The translations under genes were made by a program, and so were the position numbers. This document shows, in pieces, positions 19,646 through 28,741 of a stretch of 64,000 bases of DNA (the first letter of the stretch is position 1; each line of letters begins with the position of its first letter). The stretch comes from Candidatus Spyradenecus sp. (lineage in GTDB: Bacteria; Verrucomicrobiota; Kiritimatiellia; RFP12; DVOR01), in contig JAZUPT010000016.1 of assembly GCA_045605345.1 (NCBI GenBank), forward strand, positions 4,363 to 68,362, read 5' to 3'. The notes below the pieces were generated by a model that did not search any database, was not told the origin of the DNA, and worked only from the letters and a program-made list of their open reading frames with translations.

Positions 19646-20368
19646 ATGGAACCCACCTCTACCTGCTCTCTCACACAAATCGCGCTTGATTTCGGCTTGC
19701 CCGCACTTGCGCTTGTGATTGCCTACCTCTTCGGCGCAATCCCCTTCGGCTTATTAATTGGTAAGGCTCGCGGCATTGATGTGCGCACGGTGGGAAGTAA
19801 GAACATCGGCGCGACCAATGTTTTCCGTTGCGTTGGTGCCAAGTTTGGCATTGCAGCCTTTGTCCTCGACATGCTCAAAGGCATCTTCGGCACCCTCTGC
19901 GGCTTTTTGCCGGCGCTTCTCATTGAAGACATCCCTGCAAACACCACCCTACTCCTGCGCGTGCTCTGCGGCACGGCCGCAATGTTAGGCCACATCTTCC
20001 CGATTTACCTCGGCTTCAAGGGTGGCAAGGGCGTCTCGACTGCATTAGGTCTGCTCTTCGGCGTGGCACCGCTCGCAGGTCTCTTAGGTTTCGCGGGATG
20101 GGGCATCTTCTTCGTCTCGTCGCGCTATGTCTCCCTGGCCAGCTGCTTGGCCGCAGTCGTGGTCGGTGGCGCAATGTGGTCTCCGCTCTACGCAGGCACA
20201 CCCCTCTGGTACTCCATCTTGATTACTGCTTTGGCAGCCTTAGCCATTTTCAAACATCGTACCAATATTGTTCGTCTTTGCAAGGGCACGGAAAACCGCT
20301 TTGCATTTACCGCTAAACAGCGCGCCGCTCGCGATGCTAAGCGCGCACAACAGGAGGAAGCGAAATGA
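19646..20368 (+). CDS. plsY: glycerol-3-phosphate acyltransferase PlsY
   Basis: GSKNIGATNVFR and FKGGKGV motifs, 5-TM membrane protein. Confidence 0.85.
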   Translation: MEPTSTCSLTQIALDFGLPALALVIAYLFGAIPFGLLIGKARGIDVRTVGSKNIGATNVFRCVGAKFGIAAFVLDMLKGIFGTLCGFLPALLIEDIPANTTLLLRVLCGTAAMLGHIFPIYLGFKGGKGVSTALGLLFGVAPLAGLLGFAGWGIFFVSSRYVSLASCLAAVVVGGAMWSPLYAGTPLWYSILITALAALAIFKHRTNIVRLCKGTENRFAFTAKQRAARDAKRAQQEEAK

Positions 20369-21354
20369 ACATTGCAGTCATCGGTGATGGCGGCTGGGGC
20401 ACAGCGGCCGCGCAACTCTTAGATTCGTATGGCCACCAAGTAACCGTTTGGGGGCCCTTTGCCGACTACATTGAAGAGATTCGCACGACCCTTGAAAACC
20501 CTCGCTACCTCCCTGGTATTCATTTCCAGCCCTCCATTAATTGGACGGCCGATATGAAGACCGCGATTGAGGGTAAGGAGGTGGTTGTCCTGGCGGTGCC
20601 CTCCAAGTTTTACAAACCCATTTGCGAACAGGTCGCCCCGCTCATCGACCCCGAAAAGACGTTGATTATCAGCCTCACCAAGGGCGTCTGCCCAGAAACG
20701 CATCGTCGCATGAGTGAAGTGGCTGAAACGACCTTGAAGACAAAGCGCATTGTGGTGCTTTCGGGTCCCTCGCACGCAGAAGAAGTGGCACGTCGCATTC
20801 CGACGGCAGTGACCTGCGCCTGCGCCGACCATAACCTCGCCATTGAAGCCCAAAACCTCTTCAATGGGCCGCGCTTCCGTGTCTATACCACCGATGATGT
20901 CCTTGGTGTTGAAATCGGCGGCTTAGTCAAAAACGTTCTCGCCATTGCCGTTGGCGTGAGTGATGGCTTTGGATTTGGCGACAACACCCGTGCCGCATTG
21001 ATTACGCGTGGCCTCGCAGAAATGATGCGGCTCGGCCTTGCCGTGGGCGCGAAACCGCAGACCTTGAGCGGCTTAGCGGGCGTCGGCGACTTGATCGTGA
21101 CCTGTACCTCCACGCATAGCCGCAATCACTCCGTGGGTGAACGTCTCGGTAAGGGACAGACCATTCAGGAGATTATGGGCTCCATGCAAATGGTGGCAGA
21201 GGGCGTGGATAATGCAATGTTGTTGCGTGAATTAGCCGCAGAGCATGGCGTGGAGATGCCAATCGCCGAAGTGGTCTATCGGATGTGCTACGAAAATCTC
21301 ACCGCAGAAGATGCCGTCGGCATGTTGATGGAACGCGCCGCCAAGCCGGAATAA
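20365..21354 (+). CDS. gpsA: NAD(P)H-dependent glycerol-3-phosphate dehydrogenase
   Basis: MNIAVIGDGGWGTA (Rossmann), LSGPSHAEEV, GVEIGGLVKNVLAIAVG. It overlaps plsY by 4 nt, the classic plsY-gpsA pair. Confidence 0.9.
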   Translation: MNIAVIGDGGWGTAAAQLLDSYGHQVTVWGPFADYIEEIRTTLENPRYLPGIHFQPSINWTADMKTAIEGKEVVVLAVPSKFYKPICEQVAPLIDPEKTLIISLTKGVCPETHRRMSEVAETTLKTKRIVVLSGPSHAEEVARRIPTAVTCACADHNLAIEAQNLFNGPRFRVYTTDDVLGVEIGGLVKNVLAIAVGVSDGFGFGDNTRAALITRGLAEMMRLGLAVGAKPQTLSGLAGVGDLIVTCTSTHSRNHSVGERLGKGQTIQEIMGSMQMVAEGVDNAMLLRELAAEHGVEMPIAEVVYRMCYENLTAEDAVGMLMERAAKPE

Positions 21355-21394
21355 TCCCACTTTCTCTATTCTATCTCACTAAAGGAGTACAACA

Positions 21395-22132
21395 ATGGCT
21401 GTTATCGGAGTGATTCCTTCCCGTTGGGGAAGTTCTCGTTTTCCTGGCAAACCCCTGACGCCGATTTTGGGTAAGCCGTTGGTCTTATGGGTGGTCGAAG
21501 CGGCAAAGCGCGCCAAGCGTTTGGATCGCGTCCTCGTTGCCACCGATGACGAACGTATTCGTGATGCCATCGGCGCCGACTGTGAAGTCGTCATGACCGC
21601 AAGCGAATTGCCCTCTGGCACTGACCGCGTGGCTGTCGCCGCGAATGCAGGCCCGGAAGATATCGTGATTAACATCCAGGGCGACGAACCGCTCATGGAC
21701 CCCGGTCTCATTGACGCCCTTGCCGAACGCATGATTCGCACAGGTGAAGAGATGGCGACCGCCGCATGCCCCATCAAGTCGATGGAACAACTCATGGCGC
21801 GCACCGTGGTGAAGGCTATTTTGCGCGAAGATGACAGCGCGATCTACTTCTCGCGTCTGCCGATTCCCTGCCGTCGCGATGGCGAGCCCGACCTCAATTC
21901 TGGTCTCTACTGGCGTCATTTGGGCATCTATGCCTATCGTGGCGACTTCCTCAAGAAACTCATCACCACCCCGCCCTGCGCATTGGAACAAACCGAATCA
22001 CTCGAACAACTCCGTGCCCTTTGGCTCGGGGGGCGCATCGGCGTGATTCGTTGCGACGATGAAGGCGTTGGCGTGGACACCCCTGAAGACGTGGCCATCG
22101 TGGAAGCCCTCTTGAAAAAGCGAGGTGAATAA
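21395..22132 (+). CDS. kdsB: 3-deoxy-manno-octulosonate cytidylyltransferase (CMP-Kdo synthetase)
   Basis: IPSRWGSSRFPGKPL, VATDDERI, NIQGDEP. Confidence 0.9.
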   Translation: MAVIGVIPSRWGSSRFPGKPLTPILGKPLVLWVVEAAKRAKRLDRVLVATDDERIRDAIGADCEVVMTASELPSGTDRVAVAANAGPEDIVINIQGDEPLMDPGLIDALAERMIRTGEEMATAACPIKSMEQLMARTVVKAILREDDSAIYFSRLPIPCRRDGEPDLNSGLYWRHLGIYAYRGDFLKKLITTPPCALEQTESLEQLRALWLGGRIGVIRCDDEGVGVDTPEDVAIVEALLKKRGE

Positions 22133-22453
22133 ATGACGAAGGCTCACGCCCTCTTTACAGCTGTGCCTAAATTACACAACTGCGCACAAGCCGTTGTGGA
22201 AGGCGCTGGTGGCACCCCAGAACAGATTGCCGAGATGGCTGCTTGTGGTGGTGGTCGCGCCCCAGACGGTCTTTGTGGTGCACTCTACGGCGCACTCGTA
22301 ATGTGCCCCGAACGCGCAGAAGAAATCAAAGCCGCCTTCGCCAACGAAGTCGGCGCACTCACCTGTCGCGAAATCAAATCGGCCGCCAAGACTCCCTGCC
22401 CCATGTGCGTGGAAGCTGCGGCAAAGATTCTTGAATCCCTCTCTCACTCATAA
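22133..22453 (+). CDS. C_GCAxxG_C_C family small cysteine-rich protein
   Basis: CAQAV...ACGGGRAPDGLCGALYGA...CREIKSAAKTPCPMC matches the C_GCAxxG_C_C spacing. The start codon abuts the kdsB stop (TAAATG). Confidence 0.7.
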   Translation: MTKAHALFTAVPKLHNCAQAVVEGAGGTPEQIAEMAACGGGRAPDGLCGALYGALVMCPERAEEIKAAFANEVGALTCREIKSAAKTPCPMCVEAAAKILESLSHS

Positions 22454-22476
22454 CTCCCCTTTTGAAAGGAACAAAC

Positions 22477-22848
22477 ATGAACGTTATCTCTACAGACAAA
22501 GCACCCGCCGCTATCGGTCCCTACTCTCAGGGCATCATCGTCAATGGCATGCTCTTCGCCTCCGGTCAGATCCCTGTGGATCCTGCCACGGGCACCATCC
22601 CTGAAGGTATCACTGCTCAGGCAGAACAGTCCTGCAAGAACTGCGGCGCACTCCTCGCTGCCGCTGGCCTTGACTTCACCAAAGTCATCAAGACCACCTG
22701 CTTCCTCGCAGACATTGCTGACTTTGCCGCATTCAACGAAGTCTATGCCAAGTATTTCATCTCCAAGCCTGCACGCTCCTGCGTGGCAGTGAAGGATATC
22801 CCGAAGGGATGCCTCTGCGAGATCGAAATCCTCGCCAAGGTTGACTAA
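22477..22848 (+). CDS. ridA: RidA/YjgF reactive-intermediate deaminase
   Basis: APAAIGPYSQG...FASGQIP...ARSCVAV, a ~124-aa RidA. Start taken at MNVISTD. Confidence 0.85.
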   Translation: MNVISTDKAPAAIGPYSQGIIVNGMLFASGQIPVDPATGTIPEGITAQAEQSCKNCGALLAAAGLDFTKVIKTTCFLADIADFAAFNEVYAKYFISKPARSCVAVKDIPKGCLCEIEILAKVD

Positions 22849-22878
22849 TTCGACAAAAATCTTTCGCAATGAAAGCCT

Positions 22879-22907
22879 AAAACGCGAGCCTCTGGCCCGC
22901 GTTTTTT
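22879..22907 (+). terminator. rho-independent terminator after ridA (ends the 13-22.8 kb co-directional gene string)
   Basis: aaaacgcgagcc-tct-ggcccgcgtttttt forms a 12-bp stem with 1 mismatch, followed by a T6 run. Confidence 0.65.
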
Positions 22908-22987
22908 ATATCCCTCACCATGACTCTTCTGAGCATGATAAAAGTTTTCTATCTTATTAATTAATGTAAGGGAATCCTTCAAAATAT

Positions 22988-22996
22988 GCTATACTT
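22988..22996 (+). promoter_or_regulatory. putative extended -10 (TGCTATACT) upstream of the beta-propeller/cytochrome c gene
   Basis: The same TGCTATACT 9-mer occurs upstream of thrC. Confidence 0.3.
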
Positions 22997-23119
22997 ACAG
23001 TAAGCGTTTGGACGTGGTTACCATAGAAAGCAACTCCATTTTGGGGAGGGGTTTTCGGCAGTCGCCGTTGGCAAACGTGCTATACTTTTGCGCATTTGAT
23101 TTTATTAGGAGCAGAGACG

Positions 23120-25012
23120 ATGACACGTTATCTTCTTTTAGCAGGTTTGATCAGTTTCGGTTTTGCCGCAAAGGCGCAGTATCTTTCGCCTGAAACGGTG
23201 GCAATGACCCCGCAGAAGGATGCCTTAATCATCGCAGAAAAGCGTGCACATCGCGTGACAGTGCGTGATTTGAACGGCGTAATCAAAGCCTCTTATGGTG
23301 CTGAGAAGTACACTGGTGGTTTCTTCGGATTCTTCAAAGATCAAGTAAAATTGCCTGTAACAGGTGCATGTGTCGCCCCTAACGGCACGATTTTCTACAC
23401 CGCTGACGATGGTAATGAGGGCCGCCTCTTCCGTGCGGACGGCGAATCGGTCATCACAGGCAATTATCCAATGGCTCCGATTGTCTCGGCAGATGGTCGC
23501 TATGTGTACGTTTGCAACCGTTTTGATGCCACGGTGCAACAGTATGATGCCGCAACAATGAAGTTGCTCAAATCGGCAAAATGCGTGCGCGAAACGCACG
23601 GATGCGCCTTGGGCAAGGATGGCAAGTTGCTCTTCGTCATCAATATGTTGCCAGATGATGCTGCCGAACCCGTGAAGTATGTCGGCGCAAAGGTAACCGT
23701 CATTGATACGGCCACCTTTAATGTAATCGCGAACATTCCTTTACCAGATGGTTCAACAGGTGTGCGCGGCATTACGGCTTCGCCCGATGGTGCCAATATC
23801 TACTTGACCCATACGCAGGCGCGCTATCAGTTGCCAACGACGCAGTTGGAACGTGGATGGATGAACACTGCGGCGCTCTCTGTTTTGGATGGCGTGACGG
23901 GGGCGTACATCAACACAGTGCTTTTGGATGACATTGACCTCGGCGCCGCAAATCCTTGGGGTGTGACGGTAACGCCAGACAATCAGTACATCGTCGTGAG
24001 CCATGCTGGCACGCGTGAAGTTAGCGTGATTGATCGCACCGCTCTGCATAAACGTTTGGACGATGCGGCGGCAGGAAAGAAGGTGACGGAGGTCACGTTC
24101 TCTGCCGATGAAGTGCACAATGACCTCTCCTTCCTCACAGGAATTCGTCGCCGTTTCCGCTTTGATGCAGATGGTCCGCGTGGCGTGGTGGCTACGGAGG
24201 ATTGCGTGTATGCAGTCTGCCACTTCGCCGATGCTTTGGTGAAGGTGCCCTTCAAGGATCGTCGCGTGGTGCGTCCTGAGGTGATTCCATTGAATGGTAC
24301 TGCATTGGCAGACTTAAAGGCAGACAAGGTTTTGCGTGGTGAAATGCTCTTCAATGACGGCACCAAGTGCTTCCAACAGTGGCAGAGCTGCGCATCGTGT
24401 CACCCGGATGCAATTGTGGACGGTTTAAACTGGGACTTGATGAACGATAGCATCGGCAACCCCAAGCAGTCCAAGTCGCTTTATCTCAGTGGCGTAACGC
24501 CTCCGACCATGATTACGGGCATTCGCAAGAGCATGCAACACTGTAATCGTGCCGGTTTCCGTCACATCCAATTCTGCGCAGTGGCCGAAGAGGATACGCT
24601 CTGCATTGACGCCTATGTGATGAACATGAAGGCACAGGTCTCGCCGTGGGCACGTCCAGAATATGCCGATGCGATTGCCCGTGGTAAGGAAATCTTTGAT
24701 AGCCCTGAAAAGGCAGACTGTGCGCGTTGTCACAAGCCTGACCTCTACTTCACCGCTTCGGCCGATCCAAATGATGGCTCGAAGGCACCGCTCTATGACT
24801 TAGGGCTCGGCACACGTGATGAACAGGGACAGAAGTTTGACGTGCCGACGTTGAACGAAGTCTGGCGTACGGCTCCTTATCTGTATGACGGACGCGCAAA
24901 GACTCTCCGTGAAGTGTTGACCGTTTGGAACCAGGATGACTACCACGGCGTCACTTCGGATTTGACAGAACAAGAATTGAACGACCTCGAAATTTACGTC
25001 TTGTCGCTCTAA
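23120..25012 (+). CDS. secreted beta-propeller (YVTN-type repeat) protein fused to a C-terminal diheme cytochrome c (CCP/MauG-like) domain
   Basis: Signal peptide MTRYLLLAGLISFGFAAKAQ. Repeated G..IY/TPDG..YVVV-type blades (ASPDGANIYLTH, VTPDNQYIVVSH, VSADGRYVYVCN). Two CxxCH heme motifs (CASCH, CARCH) and an APYLYDG motif reminiscent of the APYFHDG of bacterial cytochrome c peroxidases. Confidence 0.7.
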   Translation: MTRYLLLAGLISFGFAAKAQYLSPETVAMTPQKDALIIAEKRAHRVTVRDLNGVIKASYGAEKYTGGFFGFFKDQVKLPVTGACVAPNGTIFYTADDGNEGRLFRADGESVITGNYPMAPIVSADGRYVYVCNRFDATVQQYDAATMKLLKSAKCVRETHGCALGKDGKLLFVINMLPDDAAEPVKYVGAKVTVIDTATFNVIANIPLPDGSTGVRGITASPDGANIYLTHTQARYQLPTTQLERGWMNTAALSVLDGVTGAYINTVLLDDIDLGAANPWGVTVTPDNQYIVVSHAGTREVSVIDRTALHKRLDDAAAGKKVTEVTFSADEVHNDLSFLTGIRRRFRFDADGPRGVVATEDCVYAVCHFADALVKVPFKDRRVVRPEVIPLNGTALADLKADKVLRGEMLFNDGTKCFQQWQSCASCHPDAIVDGLNWDLMNDSIGNPKQSKSLYLSGVTPPTMITGIRKSMQHCNRAGFRHIQFCAVAEEDTLCIDAYVMNMKAQVSPWARPEYADAIARGKEIFDSPEKADCARCHKPDLYFTASADPNDGSKAPLYDLGLGTRDEQGQKFDVPTLNEVWRTAPYLYDGRAKTLREVLTVWNQDDYHGVTSDLTEQELNDLEIYVLSL

Positions 25013-25050
25013 GCATGTGCGGTACAAACGCTAATTTTGGAGATTAAATC

Positions 25051-26034
25051 ATGTTAAATTGGCTAAACGGAACGCTCTGGCAGACCCTTGAAACACCCAC
25101 GCGTGGTGTAGAAATTGCCCGCAATGGATGGGGCTCTCCTGCGCAGATTGCAATGTTACCGCAAGGGGATGTGCCAGGGATTTGGTTGGTGAATGAAATC
25201 ACTGGCGATGTGCCACCGATGGTGCAACGTTTTATCTCCACAAAGGGGCCCGTCGAAGTGGTGATGCAAAATGGCCGCGCCGTGGGGGCAAAGTATGAAG
25301 ATGCCTATGCTGAATACGTGCTCTTAATGGGTGTGGCACCTGATGATCTCTCTGCTTCCCGCGAAGTGCAGGCGCGTTCGGCCTTTGACAACATTGATAA
25401 GTTGTTAAAGGAACAGGGCTACTCCTTCCATGATGTGGTGCGCACGTGGCTCTACTTGGACAAACTCTTAGAGTGGTACGATGTCCTCAATCGCGTGCGC
25501 GATGAGTTCTTTGAAGAGCACAACGTCTTTGGCGGCTTTGTCCCGGCAAGCACAGGAATTGGTTGTGCAAATACGCTTGGCGCCGAAATTATCGTTGGTG
25601 CAATCGCGATGCGCCCGAAGGATGGTCGCACCACGAAGGCTATTTTGGACTCGCCTTTGCAGTGTTCTGCACTGGATTATCGGAGCAGCTTCAGCCGCGC
25701 TGCAGAGATTGTCACGCCTGAATGGCGCACTGTTTTCGTCTCTGGCACAGCGAGTATTGAACCCGGTGGCGAAACGGTGCACCATGATGATGCCGACAAG
25801 CAGGTCGAACTGACCATGGAAGTGGTCAAGGCAATTCTTGAAACGCGCAATATGACCTTTAAGGATTCGGTGCGTGCAATCGCCTATATCAAGCGTCCTG
25901 AAGATCGTCCTGCATGGCAGAATTGGTTGAAAGCCAATGGGCTTCCTGCAGATTATGCGCAGGAAATCATCGCAGATGTGTGCCGAGACGACTTACTGTT
26001 CGAGCTTGAATTAGACGCAGTCCAGCGTCTGTAA
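25051..26034 (+). CDS. protein with two tandem RidA/YjgF-like (chorismate-mutase-like) domains
   Basis: Both halves end in the L-PSP-like pattern (GFVPASTGIGCANTLGAEIIVGAIAM and RAIAYIKRPEDRPAWQN...ELELDAV). Confidence 0.5.
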   Translation: MLNWLNGTLWQTLETPTRGVEIARNGWGSPAQIAMLPQGDVPGIWLVNEITGDVPPMVQRFISTKGPVEVVMQNGRAVGAKYEDAYAEYVLLMGVAPDDLSASREVQARSAFDNIDKLLKEQGYSFHDVVRTWLYLDKLLEWYDVLNRVRDEFFEEHNVFGGFVPASTGIGCANTLGAEIIVGAIAMRPKDGRTTKAILDSPLQCSALDYRSSFSRAAEIVTPEWRTVFVSGTASIEPGGETVHHDDADKQVELTMEVVKAILETRNMTFKDSVRAIAYIKRPEDRPAWQNWLKANGLPADYAQEIIADVCRDDLLFELELDAVQRL

Positions 26035-26046
26035 GGTGTCAATGAC

Positions 26047-26781
26047 GTGGTAAGCCTGCGGAATTTCGCCGGTACAATGTGCATCATTGGGGCGCTCTGC
26101 GTCCAAATGACGGGTTGTGTAACGGCGCTCCCAGACTCCTTACACGTAGCACCCCAACAACGTGATGACTACAATTGGATGGCGCGCCACGCAGAGGTGT
26201 TGGCGCGCCATACTAATGTAAAGCCAGAGATTGTCTTCATTGGGGATAGTATCACACACCAATGGGGCGGCGAACCCAAGGGGCATCGTATCGTTGGGCA
26301 AGCAGCCTGGACGGATTTGTTCGGCGAACGCGTGGTGACGAATCTGGGCTTTGGCTTTGACTACGTGGATAATGCGTACTACCGCGTGGCGAATGGCGAA
26401 CTGGATGGAATCGCGCCCCGATTGATTATCGTTAACATCGGCACGAATAACTTAGGTCATCGTGGTGATACTGCAGAAGCGTGTGCGGCGAATGTTGCGG
26501 CATTGCTGACACTCATCCGAACGAAACAACCCGAGGCTAAGATTTTACTCTTGGGGATTTATCCACGGAGAGAACCCCACTTAAAGTCTACTATCGCTCG
26601 AACCAATAAACTTTTGCAAACCTTAGCAGATGGCAAGCAAGTCCGTTTTGCAGATATTGGACAAGTGATTACTGGCGCAGACGGCTTGGCCAATCCTACG
26701 TATTTCAGAGATGTTGTGCATCCCAATGCAGCAGGTTATGCACAATTGGCAACGGCATTGCGTCCGCTTTTGGATGACTAA
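26047..26781 (+). CDS. SGNH/GDSL-family hydrolase (lipoprotein-type signal)
   Basis: Block I FIGDSITH, block III NIGTNNL, block V DVVHPNAAG. The N-terminal CVQMTGC lipobox-like sequence supports a lipoprotein signal. Confidence 0.7.
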   Translation: MVSLRNFAGTMCIIGALCVQMTGCVTALPDSLHVAPQQRDDYNWMARHAEVLARHTNVKPEIVFIGDSITHQWGGEPKGHRIVGQAAWTDLFGERVVTNLGFGFDYVDNAYYRVANGELDGIAPRLIIVNIGTNNLGHRGDTAEACAANVAALLTLIRTKQPEAKILLLGIYPRREPHLKSTIARTNKLLQTLADGKQVRFADIGQVITGADGLANPTYFRDVVHPNAAGYAQLATALRPLLDD

Positions 26782-26796
26782 ACAACGGAGCATGGT

Positions 26797-27933
26797 ATGC
26801 ATTTAACTGTGGCAGCAGCCCTAATTTTGAATGAGGCGGGTGAAGTGCTCTGTGTGAAGCGGGGCGCTTCGAAGTTTCAGTCCACCGCATTTAAGTGGGA
26901 ATTTCCTGGCGGCAAACTTGAGGCGGGCGAGACACCTGCGCAGGCCGCCGTGCGAGAAATTGAAGAAGAGCTTGGGATCACCGTAGAAGCCATCGCAGAT
27001 GCGCCAATCGTGGAGCATGTTTATCCAGAATTCTCCATCACTTTACATGGCGTATTATGCGTGCAAGCGGATGAAAAGGTGCCGCGATTGAGCGAACACA
27101 TTGAGCAGTGTTGGTGTGCGCCAGATGCGCTCTGGAAATTAGACTTCGCAGAAGCGGACGTCCCCTTACTCGCTTATCTGCGTGAAAAAGCCTTTGGGGC
27201 GGTGTTAAAAACGAAGTGTTTTGGCCGTTATCCCCACTTCTTAGCCGCGTGTACGAGCACAAATGACGAACTCTTAAAGTTGGCAGAGGCGGGTGCACCC
27301 GAAGGCACCATCGTCATCTCTGAGGTGCAATCTGCTGGACGGGGGCGCCTCGGACGGAGTTGGTTAGCCGAACCCGGACAGGGCTTGCTCTTCTCACTCT
27401 TGGTACGCCCCACGTTGCCACCAGAGATTGCCGTCACATTACCCTTAGTTGCAGGTCTTGCCGTGACATTGGCACTCCGCGAGATTGGGTGCGAGGCGGG
27501 CCTGAAATGGCCAAATGATGTCCTTATCGGCGACCGTAAAGTCTGTGGCATCCTTTGTGAAGCACAGACCTCTGCCCGTGGACTTGAGGGGATTATCATC
27601 GGCATCGGGATCAACACCGGTGCAGTGCCAGAGGCGGTCGCCTATCGTGCAACACAAATCCCGGGCAATATTGACCGATTGGTCTTGCTTGCTCAAGTCC
27701 TCAAACACTTTGAACTGCTCCATGAACGTTGGACACAACAGGGACTTGCCGCACTGCGTTCTGAACTTGATGCCTGCGATTGCAAAGTGGGCTTACCGAT
27801 TACAGTCAAACTGTCCGATACGCCGACCGAGGGGATTTCGCGTGGCATTCGCGAAGATGGTGCCCTCCTTTTAGAAACAGCTGATGGGACGCTTACTCCC
27901 ATCGTCTGCGGAGAAATTGTACAATGGGAGTAA
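26797..27933 (+). CDS. birA: NUDIX hydrolase domain fused to biotin--[acetyl-CoA-carboxylase] ligase (BirA catalytic + C-terminal domains)
   Basis: Perfect Nudix box GGKLEAGETPAQAAVREIEEELGI at aa 35-60. BPL motif SAGRGRLGRSWLAEPGQGLLFSLLVRP and KWPNDVL follow. There is no HTH. Confidence 0.75.
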   Translation: MHLTVAAALILNEAGEVLCVKRGASKFQSTAFKWEFPGGKLEAGETPAQAAVREIEEELGITVEAIADAPIVEHVYPEFSITLHGVLCVQADEKVPRLSEHIEQCWCAPDALWKLDFAEADVPLLAYLREKAFGAVLKTKCFGRYPHFLAACTSTNDELLKLAEAGAPEGTIVISEVQSAGRGRLGRSWLAEPGQGLLFSLLVRPTLPPEIAVTLPLVAGLAVTLALREIGCEAGLKWPNDVLIGDRKVCGILCEAQTSARGLEGIIIGIGINTGAVPEAVAYRATQIPGNIDRLVLLAQVLKHFELLHERWTQQGLAALRSELDACDCKVGLPITVKLSDTPTEGISRGIREDGALLLETADGTLTPIVCGEIVQWE

Positions 27934-28658
27934 TCATGCGGTGGTGGACAATGCTCCTCTCGCTGTTTACGGCGAGTTTCGTGGTCGCAGAGACGGTGAT
28001 GGTGGAGGGACGAACCACCCCCATCCCACCGCTTACCCAAAGTGTGACAGCGGTGCATCTAAAAGCAATTGGCGCGGATCGCGTCTATGCCCAACACTTT
28101 CCCGAGGCCCTCATTGACTTAAACCTCTCCGCCAACAATCTCATGCTCCTACCCGAGGGTTTTGTCCCTCAAGGAATTCGACGGCTATGGCTCGCGGATA
28201 ATCGTCTGCTTTCTTTGCCCCAAGATGCAAGTCAGTGGCAAAATCTCACCTACCTGAATCTTGACCGTAACCTCATTAATGCCTTACCCGATCTCTCTGC
28301 TACCTCATTACGTTGGCTTAGATGTAATGGCAATCACCTCACCCAAGTGCCACCTTTGCCCGATTCGGTTGAACGCCTCTACCTCGCCGACAATCAACTC
28401 CGTGAGGCCCCCGCCAAACCCAAGGCCTTACGCCATTTGACGTTGGCAAACAACCCGCTTGAGCGCGTGCCTGATACATTGGGATGTGGGTTAGAAGAAC
28501 TTGACTTAAGTGGCACCAAGATCAGCCAATTGCCCGCAGATTTAACGGGTTGGCGAACGCTTCGTGTACTCAATCTCGCCCACTGCCCCCTTTCTCATGA
28601 GGAAAAAGACCGTTTGGAAGCCTTCTTTGATCCCCTCAAAACCCTCCTGGTTTTCTAA
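27924..28658 (+). CDS. secreted leucine-rich-repeat (LRR) protein
   Basis: Signal/TM peptide, then seven ~22-aa LxxLxLxxNxL repeats (LNLSANNLMLLP, LWLADNRLLSLP, LNLDRNLINALP, LYLADNQLREAP, LTLANNPLERVP, LDLSGTKISQLP). Confidence 0.65.
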   Translation: MGVIMRWWTMLLSLFTASFVVAETVMVEGRTTPIPPLTQSVTAVHLKAIGADRVYAQHFPEALIDLNLSANNLMLLPEGFVPQGIRRLWLADNRLLSLPQDASQWQNLTYLNLDRNLINALPDLSATSLRWLRCNGNHLTQVPPLPDSVERLYLADNQLREAPAKPKALRHLTLANNPLERVPDTLGCGLEELDLSGTKISQLPADLTGWRTLRVLNLAHCPLSHEEKDRLEAFFDPLKTLLVF

Positions 28659-28741
28659 CACCTCATGCGACTTCGGCGCGAACATTTTCTACGCACGCGC
28701 ACATGTAGCCCTTTCACCTTTTAATTCTCGGACCTTTTCTT

